From: Flavobacteriales bacterium
Lineage (GTDB): Bacteria; Bacteroidota; Bacteroidia; Flavobacteriales_F; PHOS-HE28
Reading direction: 5' to 3'
Length of the DNA stretch: 64,000 nt
Assembly: GCA_024103275.1 (NCBI GenBank)
Contig: JAGFIV010000094.1
Location: 1,508 to 65,507 of the forward strand
Part shown: piece after piece, positions 45,634 to 55,786 of the stretch
Layout of the letters: each line of letters starts with the position of its first letter
Position numbering within the stretch: position 1 is the stretch's first letter
Notes under the pieces: model-generated
The model's input: only the letters and a program-made list of their open reading frames with translations
Databases searched by the model: none
Told to the model about the DNA's origin: nothing
Translations under genes and position numbers: made by a program

Positions 45634-46863
45634 ATGGCCAAGGCCGCCAGCCGCCCATCGCCGTTCCGTGAGCATACCGTGCTGCCCGTACTGATCGCCA
45701 TCAGCGCGTCGCACATGCTGAACGACATCGTGCAGTCGCTCATCCCGGCGATCTACCCCATCGTGAAGGAGGAATTCACCCTGAATTTCACCCAGATCGG
45801 CCTGATCACCTTGTGCTTCCAGATGACCGCCTCCATCCTGCAACCCTTCGTGGGGCTCTACACGGACAAGCGGCCGCACCCTTACTCGCTGATGGCGGGC
45901 ATGATCTTCACCATGGCCGGCATCTTCGCCCTGTGGGCCTCGCACAGCTTCATCGCGCTGCTCTTCTCAGTGATGCTGGTGGGCATGGGTTCCTCCATCT
46001 TCCACCCCGAATCCTCGCGCATCGCCCACGCCGCATCGGGCGGCAAGCGGGGCCTGGCCCAGTCCGTGTTCCAGCTCGGCGGCACCTTCGGCTCCGCGCT
46101 GGGCCCCCTGCTGGCCGCGCTGATCGTGGTGCCCTTCGGCATGCGCAGCCTGGGCTGGTTCGCCATCATCCCCTTCATCGCCGTGATCGTGCTGTACCGG
46201 GTGGGGACGTGGTACAAGCGCACTTCCATCATCCGCGCACGCCGGCCCAAGCGGGAAACCTTCATCCATGACATCCCGCCCAAGGTCGTCCGCCGCTCCA
46301 TCGCCATCCTGCTGGTGCTGGTGTTCTCCAAGCAGTTTTACGTGGTGAGCATCAGCAGTTACTACACCTTCTTCCTCATCGGCAAGTTCGGCCTGTCGGT
46401 GCAGATGGCCCAGGTCCACCTGTTCATCTTCCTGTTGGCCTCGGCCATCGGCACGTACATCGGCGGGCCCATCGGGGACCGGTACGGGCGCAAGTACGTC
46501 ATCTGGTTCTCCATCCTGGGATCGGCCCCCTTCACCCTGCTCCTCCCTTACGCCAACCTGGCCTGGACGGCCATCCTGGCCACCCTGGTGGGGCTGATCC
46601 TGTCCTCGGCCTTCTCGGCCATCGTGGTATACGGGCAGGAACTCGTTCCGGGCAAGGTGGGCATGATCTCCGGATTGTTCTTCGGGTTCGCCTTCGGCAT
46701 GGCCGGCATCGGGTCGGCCCTGTTGGGCACCTTGGCGGACCATACCAGCATGAACTTCGTGTTCCAGGTATGCGCCTTCCTGCCGCTGATCGGCCTGATC
46801 GCCGCCTTCTTGCCCAAGATGCACCAGCGTCTGCGGCCCGTGGCACAACCTGCCCGGGGCTGA
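45634..46863 (+). CDS. MFS transporter, Fsr (fosmidomycin resistance)-like
   Basis: The track ORF starts at GTG 45607. I prefer ATG 45634 because a TAATTTCG box (45618..45625) sits inside the GTG extension. ISASHMLNDIVQSLIPAIYP is typical of the Fsr family. Confidence 0.78.
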   Translation: MAKAASRPSPFREHTVLPVLIAISASHMLNDIVQSLIPAIYPIVKEEFTLNFTQIGLITLCFQMTASILQPFVGLYTDKRPHPYSLMAGMIFTMAGIFALWASHSFIALLFSVMLVGMGSSIFHPESSRIAHAASGGKRGLAQSVFQLGGTFGSALGPLLAALIVVPFGMRSLGWFAIIPFIAVIVLYRVGTWYKRTSIIRARRPKRETFIHDIPPKVVRRSIAILLVLVFSKQFYVVSISSYYTFFLIGKFGLSVQMAQVHLFIFLLASAIGTYIGGPIGDRYGRKYVIWFSILGSAPFTLLLPYANLAWTAILATLVGLILSSAFSAIVVYGQELVPGKVGMISGLFFGFAFGMAGIGSALLGTLADHTSMNFVFQVCAFLPLIGLIAAFLPKMHQRLRPVAQPARG

Positions 46864-46916
46864 CCGGTCGCCGCGGGTGAAGCCGTGCGTGCAGGTCCGC
46901 TGCCCATCTTTGCGCC

Positions 46917-48083
46917 ATGGCCAAGATCCTGATCATCGACGACGAAAAAGCCATCCGCCACGCCTTGCGTGACATCCTGGAGCACGAGAAGCACAAGGTG
47001 GAGGAGGCCGAGGATGGTGCAGCGGGCCTGGAGAAGGCCTTGAAAGGCGGCTTCGACGTGGTGCTGTGCGACATCAAGATGCCCAAGATGGACGGCATGG
47101 AGGTGTTGGAGAAGCTGATGGCCCACGACGATTCGATCCCGGTGGTGATGATCAGCGGCCATGGCACCATCGACACGGCGGTGGAGGCCATCAAGAAGGG
47201 GGCCTTCGACTTCATCCAGAAACCCCCGGACCTGAACCGGATCCTGGTCACCTTGCGCAATGCGTTGGACCGCGGCGCCTTGGTGCAGGAAACCCGGACG
47301 CTGCGCCAGAAGGTGCAAGGGGGCAAGGGCGACCAGCGCATGGTGGGCGCCAGCCGCAAGATGGAGGAGATCAGGGCGATGGTGGAAAAGGTGGCGCCCA
47401 GCGACGCACGGGTGCTGATCACGGGCAACAATGGCGTGGGCAAGGAAGGCGTGGCACGCCTGCTGCATGAAAAGAGCGGCCGCAAGGGCGGGCCCTTCGT
47501 GGAGGTGAACTGTGCGGCGATCCCAGGGGAACTCATTGAAAGCGAGCTGTTCGGCCACGAAAAGGGGGCCTTCACCAGCGCCGTGGCCCAGCGCAAGGGG
47601 AAATTCGAGCTCGCCGACGGGGGAACCTTGTTCCTGGACGAGATCGGCGACATGAGCCTGGCGGCACAGGCCAAGGTGCTGCGCGCCCTGCAGGAAGGGC
47701 GCATCACCCGGGTGGGCGGCGACAAGGACATCAAGGTGAATCCCAGGGTGATCGCGGCCACCAACAAGGACTTGAAGAAGGAGATCGCGGCGGGCCGCTT
47801 CCGCGAGGACCTCTTCCACCGCCTGAGCGTGATCCCCATCCATGTGCCCGACCTGAAGGACCGGGCAGAGGACATCCCGCTGCTGGCCGCCCACTTCATC
47901 AAGCTGGTGTGCGCCGAACAGGGCATCACGCCGAAAAAGATCAGCGACAAGGCGGTGAAGGAGCTGCAGAAGCTGCCTTGGACGGGCAACGTGCGCGAAT
48001 TGAGGAACGTGGTCGAAAGGCTGGTGATCCTGGGCGGGGCCGAGATCTCCGATGCCGACGTCAAGCGCTATACGGCCGTGTAA
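46917..48083 (+). CDS. Sigma-54-dependent response regulator (REC plus AAA+), lacking a C-terminal HTH
   Basis: 388 aa. The receiver domain has MAKILIIDDE...VVLCDIKMPKMDG. The AAA+ domain has GNNGVGKE, GAFTSA (a variant of GAFTGA) and GNVRELRN. Only about 20 aa follow GNVREL. Confidence 0.88.
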   Translation: MAKILIIDDEKAIRHALRDILEHEKHKVEEAEDGAAGLEKALKGGFDVVLCDIKMPKMDGMEVLEKLMAHDDSIPVVMISGHGTIDTAVEAIKKGAFDFIQKPPDLNRILVTLRNALDRGALVQETRTLRQKVQGGKGDQRMVGASRKMEEIRAMVEKVAPSDARVLITGNNGVGKEGVARLLHEKSGRKGGPFVEVNCAAIPGELIESELFGHEKGAFTSAVAQRKGKFELADGGTLFLDEIGDMSLAAQAKVLRALQEGRITRVGGDKDIKVNPRVIAATNKDLKKEIAAGRFREDLFHRLSVIPIHVPDLKDRAEDIPLLAAHFIKLVCAEQGITPKKISDKAVKELQKLPWTGNVRELRNVVERLVILGGAEISDADVKRYTAV

Positions 48084-48224
48084 GGGCCGTGGAGGGCGAT
48101 GTTTTCAACCTGTGGCCATTAACAACCTTTTTTGCCGAATTCTTGGAAGGGAAGGCAACCCTGCCAGGTTTGTAGCGTCTACCCCACAGGAACCCGAGGA
48201 ACCAACCTGCACAACCCTACGGCA

Positions 48225-48662
48225 ATGAACATCATGCACCATATCACAGCCTTCGTGTACGAGCACCTGGGCGACAGCATCTACTACATCCTGGGGTTTG
48301 CCGTGATCATCTACACGGTGGCCATGTGGCGGCTGTATGACAAGGCAGGCCAGCCCGGGGTCTCCTGCCTGATCCCCGTGGTGAACATCCTCGTCTACCT
48401 GAAGATCATCGGCCGCCCGGCTTGGCACATCTTCCTCTTCCTGGTCCCCATCTACGGCCAGTTGTATCTGATCCCCAAGACCTGGATCGAGCTTTGCCAA
48501 AGCTTCGGGAAGCGCACCCTGCTGGACTACGTGCTGGTGATCGTGCTCAATGGCCTGTACATCTTCAACCTCGGCCTCAGCTATGAGACCGTCTATGAAG
48601 GGCCGGCCCACGGCAAGCAACTGCCGCTGAACGAGTCCCACCCGCAGCCGCTGCCTGCCTGA
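48225..48662 (+). CDS. DUF5684-like small membrane protein
   Basis: Track ORF 48132..48662. Start reset to ATG 48225. The MWRLYDKAGQPGVSCLIPVVNILVYLKIIGRPAWH pattern is present. Confidence 0.55.
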   Translation: MNIMHHITAFVYEHLGDSIYYILGFAVIIYTVAMWRLYDKAGQPGVSCLIPVVNILVYLKIIGRPAWHIFLFLVPIYGQLYLIPKTWIELCQSFGKRTLLDYVLVIVLNGLYIFNLGLSYETVYEGPAHGKQLPLNESHPQPLPA

Positions 48663-49143
48663 TACCGTTCCGCTACCTGCAAAGCCCCGACCCCGCTTCC
48701 GGCTCTTCGGGCCACGTGTGTTGATCACACGCGTGCATCATCAACTACAGGTCCCGATTGACATTGGGACTGATCTCAACAAAGAATTCGCATAACCCCG
48801 GCGTTCGGAAACCCCGAAGCTCACGCCCGATCCCTTGATCTATCCGGCCTGCATTCGTGCCCTCCTGGAGGAGGCCGCTTTTCCCGTTGGAAGCATTGCG
48901 GTTGGCTGCGACACCGGTGATCGGCATTCCGGGCAGGATTGCTGCCGATGGAACACCGCACGCGCAAAGCCGCAAGCCCGGCAACCAAGGGATCGCGGCC
49001 CTTGCGTTCAGCCGTGAATAGGCGGGAATACCGGGACAGGCAGGCCCGGTGCACCCCGGCGGAAACCCTGCGGCACCTTTTGCCGAACGTGCCGATCCAC
49101 GTGGTCCGCCCCTGCCGCGCGTGCGCCTCCGGCATTCCGCGGC

Positions 49144-50781
49144 CTACCGCAACAGGGTCACCGTTCCATGGTCCGTGATGGGCACGTCCGGCTGCTGCGA
49201 GGAGCGGTGTTCCAGCACCCAGAAATACACCCCTGCGGGCATGACCGCACCGCCCGGCCCCCGACCGTCCCAGCCAGCAGCAGGTTCGCTGCTCCGGAAC
49301 AGCTCCTGCCCCCAACGATTGTAGATGGCCAACCGGTAATCCGCCAGGCCCAGCGCCGTGATCGGCCGGAACACCGCATTGCTGCCATCCCCGTTGGGCG
49401 TGAAGACGTTGGGCATCTCCAAGGCGTAGCTGCAATCCTCTTCCGTGATCCGAACGCTGTCCACCGCCGCACAGCCCTGCACGGAATAGGCCAACGCGTA
49501 CACGCCAGGCCCGGTGATCATGCGGGGCAGCCCCAATGCGCCATCGCCCCAGCTGAAGCTTGACCCGTCGGGCAGGTCGGGCTCCAGGAGCATGGAATCC
49601 CCCATGCAAAGCCCGCGGTCCGCGCCGAGCACCCCGGTGGGCACGTTCACGTAACCGACTACGATGGTGTCCGGTTCGTATGTGCAATCGGGGTGCGTCC
49701 ATTTTACCACGTAGGTTCCCGGCATGGTCACGGTGAAGGTGGAAGCGGTGCTGCCATCCTGCCACAGGTAGCCGGCACCGTCGCGCGTGGCGTCCAGCAC
49801 CAGGGTATCGCCCGGGCACAGCGTTGTGTCCGGCCCCAACGGGTTAGCGGCGTTGTCGCAGGGTGCCGCGGAGTATGCCACCAGGGCCAGGTTCACGATG
49901 TTGTCCTGCTGCTGCCCCGGGTGCAGCGTGGGTGTATGGGCATAGGTCACTTGGAAGGACTGGTCGCCGTTGGCGATCAGGGTGGAAAGCTCTGAGAGCA
50001 CGTCCGCACTGTCGATGGCCATGTCGGGGTGGTCGTCGCCGATTCCTTCGAAGATGCCGTTGGCATAGTGGAAGGTAGCGCAGGCCCCAAAGTGATTTCC
50101 AGGGCCGGCATTGTAGTCCGCACCGAAAAATTTGCCCAGCAAGGTCCCGTTCACCGTCACCGTTTCATAGTCGGTGATCCAGCTCCGTGCGTATGCGCCC
50201 ATGGTGGCAAAAGCCACCGGAGTGTCCGTAGACATGGGGTGCGAAGCGGTAAGCGTGTAGTTCTCCTCCAATTGGGAATCCAGCCCCAGGTGGAAGATAT
50301 CCAAGGTAATGGGTGCCATGCCGGGCAGCTCGTACTCCACGATCAGCATGAACTCCTTGAAGGTGGTGGTCCCCCCGCTGAGGTCGACCAAATGGTAGGG
50401 CAGCGTGGGGTCCAATTGGTTCGTGATGTCCACCGTGTGCAGGATGTTGGTGCCATACAGGGTGCCGAAGACGGGCCCGGCCGTGGCCGGGCCCAGGCTG
50501 ATGGGGATGGAGCCCAGCTGGAAGGAGAGCGTGGCATCGTCGGCCCCGCCCACGGAGGTAACATACAAGATGGCCTTACGGATGGTGGCGTCTTGAGGCA
50601 GCTCCATCCAGATCACACCGATGCCCCAGCTCTGATCACCAATGGAGAAGGTGCCGGTGACCACGCCGCCGTTGAAGGTGTCGGTCCAGATCATTTGTTG
50701 GGCGGGCGACGCGCCGGCGGACGCCAACAGCACACCCAAGGCGAGCTGTCGGGCCCGGGCCTTGAATTGGGGTTTCAGCAT
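49144..50781 (-). CDS. T9SS type B CTD (gliding motility-associated C-terminal domain) cargo protein
   Basis: 545 aa with a signal peptide. The C-terminus MPNVFTPNGDGSNAVFRPI...YRLAIYNRWGQELFRS...GWDGR...AGVYFWVLE matches the type B sorting domain pattern. Confidence 0.82.
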   Translation of the reverse strand: MLKPQFKARARQLALGVLLASAGASPAQQMIWTDTFNGGVVTGTFSIGDQSWGIGVIWMELPQDATIRKAILYVTSVGGADDATLSFQLGSIPISLGPATAGPVFGTLYGTNILHTVDITNQLDPTLPYHLVDLSGGTTTFKEFMLIVEYELPGMAPITLDIFHLGLDSQLEENYTLTASHPMSTDTPVAFATMGAYARSWITDYETVTVNGTLLGKFFGADYNAGPGNHFGACATFHYANGIFEGIGDDHPDMAIDSADVLSELSTLIANGDQSFQVTYAHTPTLHPGQQQDNIVNLALVAYSAAPCDNAANPLGPDTTLCPGDTLVLDATRDGAGYLWQDGSTASTFTVTMPGTYVVKWTHPDCTYEPDTIVVGYVNVPTGVLGADRGLCMGDSMLLEPDLPDGSSFSWGDGALGLPRMITGPGVYALAYSVQGCAAVDSVRITEEDCSYALEMPNVFTPNGDGSNAVFRPITALGLADYRLAIYNRWGQELFRSSEPAAGWDGRGPGGAVMPAGVYFWVLEHRSSQQPDVPITDHGTVTLLR

Positions 50782-50883
50782 GGATGCGCGGCCGCGGAGG
50801 AGAGATCCCCGGCTGCGGTGCGAATATCCGCAACGATCGGGATAATGCCTTGGCCGGCGGGCCGCAAGCCGCCGATCGGTGCC

Positions 50884-53484
50884 TTATCCCACCAGCTCCT
50901 TGGCCTTTTGCAGGGCACGGGGCAGCCCGTTGGGATCCTTGCCGCCGGCGGTGGCAAAAAAGGGCTGGCCGCCCCCGCCCCCCTTGATCTCGGCGGAAAG
51001 CTCCCTGATGAGCTTGGGGGCGGTGAAGCCGCGGGCGATGAGCTCCTGCCCGGCCATCACCGCCAGCAGCGCCTTGCCTCCCTCGCGCGCGCCCAGCACC
51101 AGCAACAGGTCGGGGTTGCCGTCCTTCAGGCGGAAGGCCAGGTCGCGCATGCCGTTGGCGTCCAGCTCCACCTCCCGGGCCACCACGCGGGCACCGTTCA
51201 CCTCCACGGCGTGTGCCAGGATGCTTTGCTGCAATTGTGCCACCCGCTCCTGTGCGGCCTTCTCCAGTTCCTTCGCCTGCGCGGCGTTCTGGTCCAGCAG
51301 GTGCTTCACCGCCACGGTGATGTCCTTGGGATGCTTCAGCAGCTCCTGCAGGGCCTCCAAGGTGTCGAGGCGCTCTTGCACATAGCGGTCCGCGGCCTCG
51401 CTGGTGATGGCCTCGATGCGCCGGACCCCCGCAGCCAGCGCGCCTTCGCTGACGATGCGGAAGCCGCCGATCTCGCCGGTGCGCGGCACGTGGGTGCCGC
51501 CGCAAAGCTCCACGCTGTCTCCGAACTTGATCACGCGCACCTTGTCGCCGTACTTCTCGCCGAACAGCGCCATGGCACCCATGCGCCTGGCTTCCTCGAT
51601 CGGCGTGTCGCGGCGTTCATCCAAGGGCAGGTCGGCGCGCACCAGGTCGCGCACCTCGGCCTCCACGCGCGCCAATTCCCCCGGGGTGATCTTGGCGAAG
51701 TGGGAAATGTCGAAGCGCAGCCGGTCCGGCGCCACCAATGAGCCCTTCTGCTCCACGTGCGTGCCCAGCACATGGCGCAGGGCGTGGTGCAGCAGGTGCG
51801 TCGCGCTGTGGTTGCGGCGGGTCAGTTTGCGGCGATGTTCATCCACCCGGGCCATGAGCGGTGCCGATACATCGGCCGGCAATTCCCTGGTGAAGTGGAC
51901 GATCAACTGGTTTTCCCGCTTGGTGTCCAGCACGGCCACCCGCTTTCCGTCCTGTTCCAGCCAGCCTTGGTCGCCCACCTGGCCGCCGCCCTCCGCATAG
52001 AACGGGGTGCGGTCCAGCACGATCTGGAAACGGTCGCCCGCCTTGTCCTTCACCTGGCGCCAGCGCAGGATGCGGGCCTGGGCCTGCAGCGTGTCGTAGC
52101 CCACGAATTCCGTGGTGCCCGCCGCCAGCTCCGTCCAATCGCCGGTGGTGATGGCCGTGGCGGCGCGCGACCGGTCCTTCTGCTTCCCCAGTTCACGCCC
52201 AAACCCCTCCATGTCCACCTCCAGGCCGTGCTCGCGGGCCATCAGCCGGGTGAGGTCGATGGGGAAACCGAAGGTATCGAACAGCTCAAAGGCCTTGGTG
52301 CCGTCCAGCGTGCCCTTGCTCTCCCCCACCAATTGCTCCAGGCGTTTGGTGCCGGTCTCCAGGGTGCGCAGGAAAGCCTTCTCTTCCTCGTTGATCACGC
52401 TGGTGATCAGCTCCTGCTGCCGCGCCAGCTCCTGGAATTGGCCGCCCATTTGGTCCACCAGCACGGGCACCAGGTCATGGATGAACGGTTCCTGCAGGCC
52501 GAGGAAGCTGTATCCGTACCGCACGGCGCGCCGCAGGATACGGCGGATCACATAGCCCGCGCCGGTGTTGCCGGGCAGCTGCCCGTCGGCGATGGCGAAG
52601 GCGATGGCGCGCAGGTGGTCGGCCACCACGCGCATGGCGATATCGGCCTTGGGCCCGCTGCCGTACACCTTGTTGCTTCGCCCGGCAATGGCCTGGATCA
52701 GCGGCTGGAACACGTCCGTGTCGTAGTTGCTGCGCTTGTCCTGCAGCACCATGCACAGGCGCTCGAAGCCCATGCCCGTGTCCACATGCTTGGCGGGCAA
52801 GGGGTGCAGGCTGCCGTCGGCCTTGCGCTCAAACTGCATGAACACGAGGTTCCAGATCTCGATCACCTGTGGATCGTCGCGGTTCACCAGCTCCGTGCCG
52901 GGCTTAGCCTTCTTCTCGGCCTCGCTGCGCACATCCACATGGATCTCGGTACACGGGCCGCACGGGCCGGTCTCGCCCATCTCCCAGAAGTTGTCCTTGC
53001 GGCCGAAGGGCAGCACACGCTCCGCAGGCAGGTGGCCCAGCCACAGGTCGCGCGTCTCGAGGTCGGCATCGAGCATGTCCGCGGCATCGCCGCCGAAGTA
53101 GGTGACGTAGATGTTGGCCGGGTCGATCTTGTAGGTGCCCACCAGCAATTCCCACGCCCACTGGATGGCTTCTTTCTTGAAGTAGTCGCCGAAGCTCCAG
53201 TTGCCGAGCATCTCGAACATCGTGTGGTGGTACGTGTCGATGCCCACCTCCTCCAGGTCGTTGTGCTTGCCGGAGACGCGCAGGCACTTCTGCGTGTCGG
53301 CGATGCGCTTGTCCGTCGCGGCCCGGTTGCCCAGGAAGAGGTCCTTGAACTGGTTCATGCCGGCATTGGTGAACATCAGCGTGGGGTCGTCCTTCACCAC
53401 CATGGGCGCGCTGGGCACGATGGCGTGGCCGCGCTGCGCGAAATGGTCGAGGAAGGCTTGGCGGATCTGCTGGGAAGTGCGCAT
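50884..53484 (-). CDS. alaS: Alanine--tRNA ligase
   Basis: Track ORF 50884..53577. Start reset to ATG 53484 (MRTSQQIRQAFLDHFAQRGHAIVPSAPMV). FTNAGMNQFK is present, the editing-domain HxxxH motif occurs as HSATHLLHHALR, and the C-terminus is DHHA1-like. Confidence 0.95.
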   Translation of the reverse strand: MRTSQQIRQAFLDHFAQRGHAIVPSAPMVVKDDPTLMFTNAGMNQFKDLFLGNRAATDKRIADTQKCLRVSGKHNDLEEVGIDTYHHTMFEMLGNWSFGDYFKKEAIQWAWELLVGTYKIDPANIYVTYFGGDAADMLDADLETRDLWLGHLPAERVLPFGRKDNFWEMGETGPCGPCTEIHVDVRSEAEKKAKPGTELVNRDDPQVIEIWNLVFMQFERKADGSLHPLPAKHVDTGMGFERLCMVLQDKRSNYDTDVFQPLIQAIAGRSNKVYGSGPKADIAMRVVADHLRAIAFAIADGQLPGNTGAGYVIRRILRRAVRYGYSFLGLQEPFIHDLVPVLVDQMGGQFQELARQQELITSVINEEEKAFLRTLETGTKRLEQLVGESKGTLDGTKAFELFDTFGFPIDLTRLMAREHGLEVDMEGFGRELGKQKDRSRAATAITTGDWTELAAGTTEFVGYDTLQAQARILRWRQVKDKAGDRFQIVLDRTPFYAEGGGQVGDQGWLEQDGKRVAVLDTKRENQLIVHFTRELPADVSAPLMARVDEHRRKLTRRNHSATHLLHHALRHVLGTHVEQKGSLVAPDRLRFDISHFAKITPGELARVEAEVRDLVRADLPLDERRDTPIEEARRMGAMALFGEKYGDKVRVIKFGDSVELCGGTHVPRTGEIGGFRIVSEGALAAGVRRIEAITSEAADRYVQERLDTLEALQELLKHPKDITVAVKHLLDQNAAQAKELEKAAQERVAQLQQSILAHAVEVNGARVVAREVELDANGMRDLAFRLKDGNPDLLLVLGAREGGKALLAVMAGQELIARGFTAPKLIRELSAEIKGGGGGQPFFATAGGKDPNGLPRALQKAKELVG

Positions 53485-53503
53485 CGGGAAGGGAAAAGCG
53501 CGG

Positions 53504-53511
53504 CAAATGTA
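53504..53511 (-). promoter_or_regulatory. -7 promoter box TACATTTG upstream of alaS
   Basis: Plus strand reads caaatgta, 19 nt upstream of ATG 53484. Confidence 0.4.
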
Positions 53512-53587
53512 GCCGATGCCCCTCCCCCTAATTAGGGATTGACGCAGCCCGGGGCAATTGGCAGTTTTGTCCGGCAAACCTTACACC

Positions 53588-54118
53588 ATGCGGTTCCCGA
53601 TCCCTTCCCCTCTCCTAATGCTCCTGTCCATCACGCTTGTGGCAAGCGGATGCTCCAAGGACGGCGATGACAACGCACAGGCCAACAACTCCAATGGAGG
53701 GCTGGTGAATCCAGGAGGAGGGGGTGGCGGGGGTGGTGGCGGCACACAGAACGCCACCCAATTGCTTTGCGACAAGAACTACAAGATGACGGCCGCCACG
53801 ATCGACCCGGCCTACCAGGGCAGCACGGACTATTACAGCATGCTGCCCTCCTGTTTCACGGACAACATCTACCGATTCGCCCAAAACGGCTCGGTCAACA
53901 TTGACGAAGGTGCTGAAACGTGCGACCCGAACGATCCCCAGACCCTCAACGGGACATGGACCCTGACGCAGAACAACACCGTGTTGACGCTCACGGTGGA
54001 TGGCGACAACGATGTGCTCGAGGTCATCACCTTGAACGGCAACATCCTGAAGCTTCGTTGGCAGGAACAGGACCAGGGCCAGACGTACACCATCACGGGG
54101 ACCTGGACGAAGCAATAA
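53588..54118 (+). CDS. Lipocalin-like lipoprotein with a poly-Gly linker
   Basis: The track ORF starts at TTG 53558. ATG 53588 gives MRFPIPSPLLMLLSITLVASGCS (lipobox). A G10 run follows, then NGTWTLTQNNTVLTLTVDG...LKLRW, which is lipocalin-like. Confidence 0.65.
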   Translation: MRFPIPSPLLMLLSITLVASGCSKDGDDNAQANNSNGGLVNPGGGGGGGGGGTQNATQLLCDKNYKMTAATIDPAYQGSTDYYSMLPSCFTDNIYRFAQNGSVNIDEGAETCDPNDPQTLNGTWTLTQNNTVLTLTVDGDNDVLEVITLNGNILKLRWQEQDQGQTYTITGTWTKQ

Positions 54119-54203
54119 GGCCCTGGCCCGGCGTATGCCAAAATAACTTGCCCCCCGTGGGCGCCCCTTGGGGCATGGTTACCTTCGCCATCCCGACGGC
54201 GCG

Positions 54204-55172
54204 ATGGGCGAGCACAAATACCGCTTCAACCCCGACACGCTCAACTTCGAGCGCATCCGCATCAGTGGATGGAAGAAGGTGAAACGGGCAGCCTTGGCCC
54301 TGGCCCCCGGGCTGCTGCTGGGCACCGCGGGCATCTTCCTCGCCTTCCAGTTCATCGATTCACCCAAGGAGGCCACCCTGCGGCGCGAGAACCAGCAGTT
54401 GATGGTGGAGTACGAGCTGATCAACAAGCAGCTCACGCAGGTGGAGAACGTGCTGGCCGACCTGGAACGGCGTGACGACAACGTGTACCGGGTGATCTTC
54501 GAGGCGGACCCCATTCCCGGCACGGTGCGCATGGCCGGCATCGGCGGGGTGAACCGCTACAAGGACCTGGAGGGTTTCGCCAACAGCAGCCTGGTGATCG
54601 ACACGCGCAAGCGGCTGGACAAGGTGGCCAAGCGCATGTATGTGCAAAGCCTTTCGCTCGATGAGGTGGGCAAGCTGGCGTTGCGGAAACAGGACATGCT
54701 GGCCAGCATCCCGTCCGTGGAGCCCATCCCGCAGGACCAATCCAAGGTGATCTCGGGCTTCGGCGTGCGGATGCACCCCATTTACAAGATCGCCAAGGCC
54801 CACCTGGGGTTGGACTTCCCCTGCGCCACGGGCACACCCATCCACGCCACCGGCGATGCCACGGTGGAGTTCGCGGGGTACAACACCAGCGGCTACGGCT
54901 ACCATGTGATCCTGGACCACGGCTACGGCTACAAGACGCTCTATGCGCACATGTCGGAGGTGAAGGTGCGGCGCGGCCAGAAGGTGAAGCGCGGCGACGT
55001 GATCGGCGATGTGGGCAGCACCGGCCTGAGCACGGGACCCCACCTGCACTACGAAGTGATCAAGGATGGCGTGCACATGGACCCCATCAACTTCCTGTTC
55101 AACAGCCTGACGCCCGAGGAATATGCGCGCATGGTGGAGATGGCGGGCAACGCGGGGCAGTCCATGGATTGA
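54204..55172 (+). CDS. M23-family metallopeptidase (LytM-like)
   Basis: The track ORF starts at TTG 54168; the first in-frame ATG is at 54204. It has a transmembrane anchor and a coiled coil. The M23 motifs are HLGLDF and GSTGLSTGPHLHYEV. Confidence 0.85.
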   Translation: MGEHKYRFNPDTLNFERIRISGWKKVKRAALALAPGLLLGTAGIFLAFQFIDSPKEATLRRENQQLMVEYELINKQLTQVENVLADLERRDDNVYRVIFEADPIPGTVRMAGIGGVNRYKDLEGFANSSLVIDTRKRLDKVAKRMYVQSLSLDEVGKLALRKQDMLASIPSVEPIPQDQSKVISGFGVRMHPIYKIAKAHLGLDFPCATGTPIHATGDATVEFAGYNTSGYGYHVILDHGYGYKTLYAHMSEVKVRRGQKVKRGDVIGDVGSTGLSTGPHLHYEVIKDGVHMDPINFLFNSLTPEEYARMVEMAGNAGQSMD

Positions 55173-55287
55173 CGCGGCGCGTGTCCGCAGGCGGCAGGCC
55201 GTAGGCCATGGGCCAAGAGCACCGCAGCGATCAATTTACCGCACCCCACGCCCCGCGCACTACGCCCCGGCTCCTATCTTCGCGGTG

Positions 55288-55659
55288 ATGCCCCTGAAGG
55301 AAAAATCCATCGAGCGCATGTACTGGACCATCGGTGAGGTGGCCGATGAGCTGGGGGTGAACACGTCGCTGCTGCGTTACTGGGAGAAGGAATTCGGCAG
55401 CCTGCGGCCCAAGCGCACCAACAAGGGCGACCGGCTATACACGCGGGAAGACATCCTTCAACTGAGGCGGATCCAGTATCTGGTGAAGGAGAAAGGCTTC
55501 ACCCTGCAAGGAGCCAAGGGGGAGTTGCGCAAGCCGGAAACCGTGGACCCGGAGCAACCCGCCACCCCGGTCGTGCCCGTGGATGAGGTACGGGCCCGCT
55601 TGCTTCACATCCGCGAGCAATTGCTGATGTTGCGGGAGGAAGAGATCGTGGCAGGGTAA
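55288..55659 (+). CDS. MerR-family transcriptional regulator (small)
   Basis: Track ORF 55123..55659. Start reset to ATG 55288. The HTH reads YWTIGEVADELGVNTSLLRYWEKEFG. A TATCTTCG box (55275..55282) lies just upstream. Confidence 0.8.
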   Translation: MPLKEKSIERMYWTIGEVADELGVNTSLLRYWEKEFGSLRPKRTNKGDRLYTREDILQLRRIQYLVKEKGFTLQGAKGELRKPETVDPEQPATPVVPVDEVRARLLHIREQLLMLREEEIVAG

Positions 55660-55786
55660 AGATTCCGGTTCATAGTTCATCGTTCGTGGTTCGCAGGGAA
55701 TCCGGGTTCACGTCGTGCTCGATCCCCCAGCAAATCCCATCGGACCCCAAACCACGGACCCCGAACGACGAACCAACAACGGGCAA

